Source: the human T2T-CHM13v2.0 reference genome, Homo sapiens
Direction: 5' to 3' (one strand)
NCBI RefSeq assembly: GCF_009914755.1
Contig: NC_060925.1
Length of the DNA stretch: 64,000 nt
Every line of letters begins with the position of its first letter. The stretch's first letter is position 1. A model generated the notes under the pieces. It did not search any database. It had not been told where the DNA came from and saw only the letters and a program-made list of their open reading frames with translations. The position numbers and the translations under genes are program-made. Of the stretch, positions 55,855-64,000 are shown piece after piece.

Positions 55855-58800
55855 CTCAGCCACATTTTTAATTTGGCTCCTAAAGTGTGTAATTCCATTC
55901 TAACTCAGAATCTCATTGTTCTCTTTGACATGGAACCTCTCCCTTCCCTGTCTTCCAGTTTTATTATACAAAGCCTTAATAGACATCTTCTCCTCTCTCA
56001 TAGTTACAGTTACAGAAGAGTCTCCAAATATCTCCAGACTTAAAATCAAGTCACGGTGGTAAATAATCTATTCTTCCTCGCCCTCCCCTACTCCCTCTTA
56101 AAATTAAAGTCAGGTAAACTATTTGCAGATTCTCTCAGGCCCTGTTCATTTAATAAATGAATGCCAAGCCCTATTCTCAAAGTCAGTGAACAAGACAGAA
56201 TCCTTCTCATGGGGCTTGCAATCTAAGTTGCATTTTATGTGGGGAGAGAGCCCATAAACCAATACATGCCCTAAAGATGGATGAGATAATTGCAATAACA
56301 ATAAGTGCTTGTTACCTTGCATTGGACAATCAGAGGTCACATTAAACCAATCTGAAAATGAGTCAGCTAGGCAGAGGCTACAGCATGTACAAACACCTGT
56401 CTACAATCCACAGCGGAAACAGTAAAATGAAATGAGATAATTAAAGAGAGAATTGCACAGTGCCAAGTGCCTTGCACGGTCGCCCACTGTAGATCCTTAA
56501 TACCTGTGAGCTTCCATTTCTACTTGTCATGGACAGGACTGGCTGTCGGAGCCGACCATAGCAATGACAGATACCACTTAATGGTGACCTGATAGTGAAG
56601 ATCGTGTCTCTTCAATCAGAAGACTGAGTTTTTCCTCTGCCATCCTAGGTGGAAGCCTGAGGCTAAGCCTCTTGTGGGCAGGAACTGTCTCCTCACTAGC
56701 CCTTATGGGAGGGTCCTGTCCCCATGTTTCTTAGGCAGGGGAGTGTCAGCCACCTTTCCTCCCCATGGCTGGGCTTCCCAAGGACTTGCGGTGCCCAGCA
56801 GGCCCCAGCCGCTGCCTGCCCAGCCCTCAGCCTGTCCTGCCCGCGGTGTTCTGCTTTGGCTCAGTATCCCAGGGCCAAGCCACTGGGCAGGGATGGGGTT
56901 TCAGCCTGATCTTTACCACCAGCTGTGTGTGGCTGGGCTGCTGGGAATTTAGGAAATTGGTGCCAGAAAGAGGATAGATGATCCAGGGAAGGAGCCACGC
57001 TGGAGGCAGGGGGATTGTATCACATGGTTGCATCCCCAGGGTCCATTTCTAGGCTGGCCAGGGGGAGTGAGGGTTCCTGGAAATAAGTTATGTCCCCATC
57101 AGCCTCAATTTTCACCTCAGGTAAATCAGTCCACAGGCATTAAGCTTTCCCTGAGCGTGTGCCCAGGCTTGAGCACAGGGGTTGGGAGTCCCTGTCCCTG
57201 CCCCTGGGAGCCCCCAGTCTGATGTAGGAGACATGGCCCCTACACTTGAGAGTCAAGTCCTGGTTTCAGAATTTTTTCTACTCCAATCTAACCAATGCAC
57301 ACCACCCACGGGCTCTTTCTAGCATACAAATATGTTATCTCTCTGCCTGAGAGCCTCCCATGACTCCTCATCCACTCCAAAATAAGTGCCAAACTCCATA
57401 GCAAAGTACAAATGACACTTTACAGCTTGCCTGGATGTGGGTGGTCCTGTTGGTAATGGGCTCCTTCCTGTCATGTCAAGAAATATGACCTGCTTGAAGC
57501 TTGTTTTTGGGAATCTGCTAAACACATGTTTAGCCAGGACTGTCTTTTACTTAAAGGGAACTCTTCCTTGCAGGGTGGGGATGGGAAAGGGCCTATATAG
57601 CTTCTGAGCATCTCCCGACTCCGGGCTCAAAAGAAACTGCCTTGTCATAAAGCTTCTGTGATCAGAGCCGTGTCCTTGGGTGTGGTGGGCTGTGGAAAGG
57701 TGAAATAGAAGGAGAGGCAATTCTGGCTCTTGGGAAATTCCCAGGACTCAGAAGGAGACAGAGTGTCTGCAAGACAGACTGAGACCTAAAAACTGAGGTG
57801 AATTAATGCAGTCACATAGAAATGCCACTTAATATGGTGACCACAGGAGGGCAGGGAGGTCAGCATTCCAGGCAGGAGGGAGAACGCAGTGGGGACGAGA
57901 GGCCAGCCTGCCTGAGTTGGAGGGAACACGCTGGGAGGTCAGCGGTGAGAGTGTTGGTTGGTGTAATGCTCTGGATGCCGGGAAGAGTTCAGATTTGTCA
58001 TAAGCCAGGCTCTATGCATGGGCAGGAGAGTGCCCTGTTCAGCATGGAAGAGCAACTCCACTCCAAATCCAGCCTGACAGAGTCTGTTTCTAATAGAAGA
58101 GTCTGAGTCAGGTTGTCTGGCTTGGGGCTTCCAGGAGACAGTTCCAGGACTCGGGTCTCCTGGCTCCCCTGCCCCAGTCTGCCTCAGGGTCTCCCAACTC
58201 AAGGTGGCTGGCTCCTCCAAATTGCCTCACTGCTACTTACCCAGCATTCTAGCTCCTTTTGGACTCTGTTTCTGCACCTGAGAAAATGGCTTTCAGCCCT
58301 GGGTTCTAAGAGTTGCTCAGGGCAGTGACTTAGCTGAGAGCTGGGTGAGGATTCCAGGGGACCGCAAGGTGGGTTCTGCAGTCCCACCCCTCCCCATCTC
58401 CTGCCAGCATAAAGCCTCTTGCTGCGAGGCCCAGGGCCACTAGGAGAAGTAGCAGTGGTGGTTGTCAGAGGCACGTGGCATGGCTGCTCTGAGCTGTGGG
58501 GGCAACAGCCCCAGCCTCCTCACCGCTCTTGGGAGAGATGGGTAGAAGGGCACCTTTTTCCCAGCGACTTGCTACCTCCTTCCTCTCTGCCAGCCTCTAG
58601 GCCAGTCTTCCAAGGCCATTGTGAGCTGGAGCCACTGTGCGGAGAGAGCCAGGGCCTGGAAGGGGTGAAGCAGAGCCTCCTCTAACCTCCTGCAGACCTG
58701 CCTCCCTTGCTGGGCTCCTGCCCTAGACAGAGCCTGTCATGGCAATGGGGATGGGGTGCTTCTTGAAGAGACCAACACTATATACAAATGAGTTATCCAC

Positions 58801-59749
58801 ACGGTCATAGAAAAACCACTGATGGAAATGAAAGAAGAGAATACTCATTTTATACCTTTAACCACAAATAGTGTTTATTCCTGGTAAACACTATTACCCT
58901 ACTGGTAGGGCATCAGGAATGAACCATTTTAACTCACAGACACAAAATGCCTTGCAGTGTAATCATGCTTTTCACAGACTATTACAGGATTTATAAAAGT
59001 TTTAAGTGGTTTGATGTAAATATTTTAAATGTACTACCCATTATTTCTAGTCCTATTTTCTTCTTTTAAAAAAATACCAGAAGACTCAAAAATTGCAAGT
59101 GGCCAGGTCCTTCTCAACTTCTGATAGGCCCTGTTAGATCTTTTGAGGCTAACATTGATGATTAAAAGAATATAGCCATGAAGCCTGCAAAATGTGAGAC
59201 TATGTCTATTTTTAAAGAATCCGATATCTAGGGCAGGAAGTAGAAGTGTAGTAGAATCAGATGGCCTGGTTTACATCTTTTCTCAATCACTTACTAGTTG
59301 TGTAACAGTGGAAACATTATAGTTGCTCTTAGCTTTAACTTCCTTCTCTGTAAAATGGAGATATGTTTCTACGTCATAGGGTGTTATGTGGGCTAAATGA
59401 AATAACCCATGTAGAAAACATCACACAGTAGGTTGGGGGCCTGTGAGTACTGTGATTTGCCTGATTATATGAAAATAGGCAAGTGTCCCTGCAAAACGAC
59501 AATGCAACGTTAGAAACCTGAGTGGGTTTGCATCTGTTTAGCTGGAGTGGTTTATTTACCTCCTCACCACCTGATGGAGATTTGAAGGGAGCAGCTTTCT
59601 GGAATGACTTGGGGTTTGGTGCTTCATTCCCACGAGGAGGCGAATCTGGCTGCAAAACACTTCACTGTGTGCCTTCCAGGAGGAAACCACTTCTCTCCAA
59701 GCCCCAGTGTCCATATCTGAAAAGAAGGGAGTTGGATTGGATCCACAGG

Positions 59750-60010
59750 ACATTGGTCGTTAAGAGTGTAGACTTGGCACTGGATGGCCTTGGTCCACAT
59801 CCTGGCTCTGCCACTCACTAGCTGTGTGACCTTGGGCAAGTTACATAATGTCTCTGTATCTCAGTTTCCCCTTCTGTAAAATGGGGTTAGTGATCAATTC
59901 TGCCTTTTGGATTTGTTGTGAGGGATTAAATGAGCTAACATAACTAAAGATTCAAAAGAATATCTGGCATGTAGCAAGAACTCTATCAGGATTAAATACT
60001 GTTGTTACTG
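59750..60010 (+). mobile_element. MIR SINE
   Basis: CCTGGCTCTGCCACTCACTAGCTGTGTGACCTTGGGCAAGTTAC...CTCAGTTTCCCCTTCTGTAAAATGGGG. Confidence 0.85.
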
Positions 60011-61247
60011 CTATAATGTTATTGCTGTTGTTAGATGCCCTCAATGGTCCTGTCTGGCTCTGACATTCTGTGAGAGTCTACACTGCCTCAATAGACTGAA
60101 GCCTGTTGTGGCTCAGCCATTCCTGGAAAGTGGAGTGGGATTTCCTCCCCAGCTTCTCCTCATTGAGGGTCCAAAGGACCCCCTCCTGTAGCCCTTGCGC
60201 CAGCTGAGCCTGCTGGACTAGGCCCTTCCAGATTAGGGATTGGCTCCTGACTCAAGTTTCTCTGTCACTGAAAGCCAGCTTTGCAAACATGAAATTACCC
60301 TTGGGGTCTCCAAGGTCTTCTTTCCCATGAGGCTACATGGGATTCATTACACTGCAGGTGAGGTGAGAAAGACATGAACTAAGGCTGACACATGGGCTGG
60401 ACTGGAGATAGGGAGGAATATCGGCTAGGCAGGCAGCTGGGGGGCAGAGTGGATGGTTCAAGGGAGCAGGTGGACTGGAGGGCATCCTTGACCGTGGCCA
60501 AGGAGGATGGAAGGAAGCACAGGAGGGGTGTTGTTTGTCCACTGGTCCTCCCAGCTCCATCTTCCTGGGTAGGGACTGTGGTTGAAATAGAATCTTATGC
60601 CCTAGCTCCAGGCTTAGAGAAGGCCCCTAGTCTCTGAAGACATCTCCACAGGGCAGCTCATAGTCTTCTACCTTTCACAAAGACCTGCTCTGTTGGTGTT
60701 GTGTGGTGTATGTGTATGTTTGTGTGTGAGCATGTTTGCATGTCTTTGATTAGAATCTTCCTCTGCTAACCCATCTACATGGACCCCATTGGGTGCAAGA
60801 GAGGACACCCTCCCCTGGACAGCACCCTCAGTGACTCACCCAGCTGGGACAGAACCAGTTTTACACCAAGCATAGAGGCAATGAACGCCTGTGAATGAAT
60901 TTAAACTCTCTCCTGAGTCACATGGACTGCTTTTCAAGTCCACATGGCCTTCACCATTCAGTCACAGGACTGTGGAAGGTTCAAATTGGCCAGGATCTCA
61001 GAGATCATCTCATCTGACCCATGCCATCAGGAGTAAAAGGGTCCCAAGAGAGGCCTTTATGGGGCCTGAGCCTCTTGGTACCTGCCATATAATGCATTTC
61101 GTTCTTGTGGGGACAGGAGAGCATTAATGAATTCTGAACCTATCCCTACCCAAAGTCCCTGAGCCCTTTCCATAAGGCACTGAGGAACAATGAATAATGC
61201 ACACAAATTCACTGCCCAGAGTTCTTTTGACATGGATATTCCCCTAA

Positions 61248-61567
<320 letters not shown>

Positions 61568-61856
61568 AGGACTTGTCTCTTTATCTCCCAAAGGAAAAGT
61601 CTATCAGGAGGTGTAATAAGATTATACCCTGGGAAGTGGTGGTGGATGGCTGGCGATCCAGACATAGCTAAATATTACTGGACACTACATTTGATAGAGG
61701 ATAAAGTGGGGAGAGTGGTAAAAACTGTGTAACTCATTCTCAGTTCCTTGGAGTCCCGAAATTTCCATTTTATTGCAACGATAGGGATCCATGTATGACA
61801 CAGCGCAGAGAGGAGTAGGTCCCCTAATGTGGGCTGCTGTTAAAACATGGAAAATG

Positions 61857-61993
61857 GGGTGAGTGTAGTGGCTCATGCTTGCCATTCCAGCACTTTGGGA
61901 GGCCGGCATGGGAGGATCACTTGAGCCCAGGAGTTTGAGACCAGCCTGGGCAACATGGCAAGATCTCATCTCTGTTTAGGAAACAACAACAAC
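61857..61993 (+). mobile_element. Alu monomer (FLAM-like)
   Basis: Left arm only; TSD CATGGAAAATGG. Confidence 0.88.
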
Positions 61994-62142
61994 ATCATGG
62001 AAAATGGAGGCCAGTTAGCAGGGCACACCTTGACTCGTGGATCTGCAGGCCATCCCCAGGCCCCAGGGAAGAGCACATGGGCTGTCTAGGGGGGCAACAG
62101 AGGCACGTGAAATGCTAAAGGCTCTGCATTGGGCCATGTTCA

Positions 62143-62208
62143 CAGCCTCCTCCTTCCCCCTCCTGGAATGATGCAGCCTCCTCCTTCCCCCTCCTGGAAT
62201 GATGCAGC
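62143..62208. repeat. Perfect 31-bp tandem duplication (CAGCCTCCTCCTTCCCCCTCCTGGAATGATG x2)
   Basis: Copies at 62143-62173 and 62174-62204. Confidence 0.95.
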
Positions 62209-62319
62209 ATTGTGGCTCAGGAGGCCCCTGGAGCTCAGGGCCCCACCATGAGAAAGAACACCCTAGGGTGTTCTCCTGGGACTGCACTCCTGGGAGGTAG
62301 ACTCCTGCCTCTCACTTTC

Positions 62320-62705
62320 TCCTTCCTCCAATCCCTTCCATTTCTGCAGCCAGAATGAGTTCTTCTAAAATGCAGATTGGATCCTGTCACCCCTCCAGCT
62401 TAAACAAACCTCAGTAACCTTTACAATAGAGATCAAAACTCTTCAATGGCCCCCAAAGCCTACCTGTCCAAACTCAACTCTCACTGCCACTCTTTCCCTT
62501 GCTCTCCAAGGTCCAGCCCTCCCCTCACACTCTCCATTGTCTCCTTTGGAGCCCCTACATCTACCTGCCCCATTAGACTGTGAACTTCATGATGGGAGGG
62601 CCCTGTCACTTGCTTACCTTTGTATTCCTAGGGCTTAACACAGTGCCAGAGCCAGGGCTCAACCCACGGTAGGTGTTCAACACATGTTTGTTGAACAAAT
62701 GAAAG
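62320..62705 (+). mobile_element. L2 LINE 3' end
   Basis: CATTAGACTGTGAACTTC...GGGCTTAACACAGTGCC...GTAGGTGTTCAACACATGTTTGTTGAACAAATGAA. Confidence 0.75.
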
Positions 62706-63479
62706 ACCAGCCCTGACACTCAGAAACACACAGGGAGGACACACAAATGTATGTGTGTGTGCATGCATGCACACACATACACGTACTTGCGCAGAAGAGG
62801 TCAAACACCTCCCCTCTCGGAGCACATCCAGAGGTAGCGCCTGTAGAAATTGGCAAGATGCTAATCAACACATGTAAATATTCAGTGTCCTCCCCTGGAT
62901 GCAAACATTCACCCCATTTCCCTTCTACTTCACCTGAATCCTCAATCAAGCCTCGCTTATGGGTGGCAACAAAGCAGTTCTCTGTCCTTAAGGAGAGAGA
63001 AGGTGGCTCTTTCAAAGCACACCAGGTGGCCTTATCTCCTGGGCCTCACCTGCCCTCCACTCTCCTTAAGAAAATCTGTTACCAGCCATTGTATTTCCAA
63101 TTTCCACTTGCCATCCATCTGTCCGACCAAAAACCCAACCATCTGCCCTGCCGACTTCGCCCCCAACCCTGCTGGTCAGGTCACCCCTTCTGTTCCTTGA
63201 AAAGCTCCTGAGCAAGCTCACCTTCTCCAGCAGGCCTGCTGACTACACAGTTCCCAGGGTCTCCTCCTTCCTGGTCACTCTCGGTGGACTCTGTGTCTGT
63301 GACTCCGTTAATGGCTGCCTTCCCTCCCACTCCCAAAGTTTGCTGCCTGTTTGATACCACTTGGAGGTGTGATTCCCAAGAGGGCAGTGGCTTATGTATC
63401 TGTGTGACTTATGGTGTCAAAGGTCCCAAGGGACCAGCTTAGCTGAAAAGTTAAGGGTTTGGATGATGAAAATGTCCTT

Positions 63480-63760
63480 GCTAAAAAGGGTCGTATAAAT
63501 GAGGCTTCATGGGGCAAATTTACACTAAGCCAGTCTGGTTAAGAGCTTAAAGCTCTGCAAAGCGAGGAGTTGGATGGACTGATGTCACAGGACCCTTCCA
63601 TCTCTGACCTCCTCTGAGCTAGAATGTTAGCCCTGGGGGCCTTGCCCTGCCAAGCCTGGACTGGAGGAGAAGGAGGAGGCGGGGTGAGTGGGAGGGGCAG
63701 AGGGAGCAGAGGCGCCTGCAGCAACCGACACCTGCTCCAGCCCTGCCTGTCCACTACCAG
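63480..63760 (+). promoter_or_regulatory. IGFN1: Probable IGFN1 promoter (GC boxes, E-box, upstream TATAAAT)
   Basis: GGAGGCGGGG at ~63675, CACCTG at 63729, TATAAAT at ~63494; lies upstream of a strong donor. Confidence 0.5.
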
Positions 63761-63842
63761 TCAATCCAGAGCCTCAGCAAGCAGCAGCTGGAAACGGGGA
63801 AGAGGGAGCAGACAGGAAGCGGGAGGTCAGCTGTACACCCAG
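63759..63842 (+). other. IGFN1: Probable non-coding exon 1 of IGFN1 (start approximate)
   Basis: Consensus donor CAG|GTAAGT at 63842/63843 with an Inr-like CAGTC upstream. Identity comes from recalled gene order and distance from TMEM9; no coding sequence is in the window. Confidence 0.55.
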
Positions 63843-64000
63843 GTAAGTGGGTGCTCACACCTGGCTGCCCACCCGGGCCAGGGTAGGGCCAGGATGGAGA
63901 CACTAGCCTGCTGTCCAGCTTTTCTACGCAGGAAGGGGCAGGCAGTGGGCAGGATGTCTGCCTGGGGAACATTCCCTGGCTGGCGGATCACACGCTGGGG

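Noticed and set aside
57421-57490. Short hydrophobic frame LAWMWVVLLVMGSFLSCQEI after an ACAG
   Set aside because: Ends at a stop, has a weak acceptor and no convincing partner exons; insufficient to call a pseudogene

Overview
Human (primate) genomic DNA, recognisable as the 1q32.1 interval ASCL5 - TMEM9 - IGFN1. The only complete protein-coding gene is TMEM9 on the minus strand. It has five coding exons (26899-26834, 24826-24735, 19822-19714, 16925-16794, 8798-8646; 552 nt, 183 aa) with GT-AG junctions, a ~0.9 kb 3' UTR ending near 7754, a proximal CpG-island promoter at ~27.0-27.6 kb and a second CpG island at ~43.7-44.75 kb that probably serves as a distal promoter. The probable non-coding first exons of ASCL5 (minus, window start) and IGFN1 (plus, window end) are assigned mainly from recalled gene order. 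The rest is intronic or intergenic and rich in Alu, L1, L2, L3/CR1, MIR, LTR and DNA-transposon relics plus microsatellites; repeat subfamily names are by-eye calls. Almost all ORFs in the supplied track are chance or Alu-derived. I found no convincing new biological system. The best leads are modest: in-frame alternative donors and a switchable uORF at the TMEM9 5' end, a CpG-retaining coding-like segment at ~53.8-54.1 kb, a palindromic AT-rich expansion of an Alu tail, and candidate cryptic exons downstream of TMEM9.
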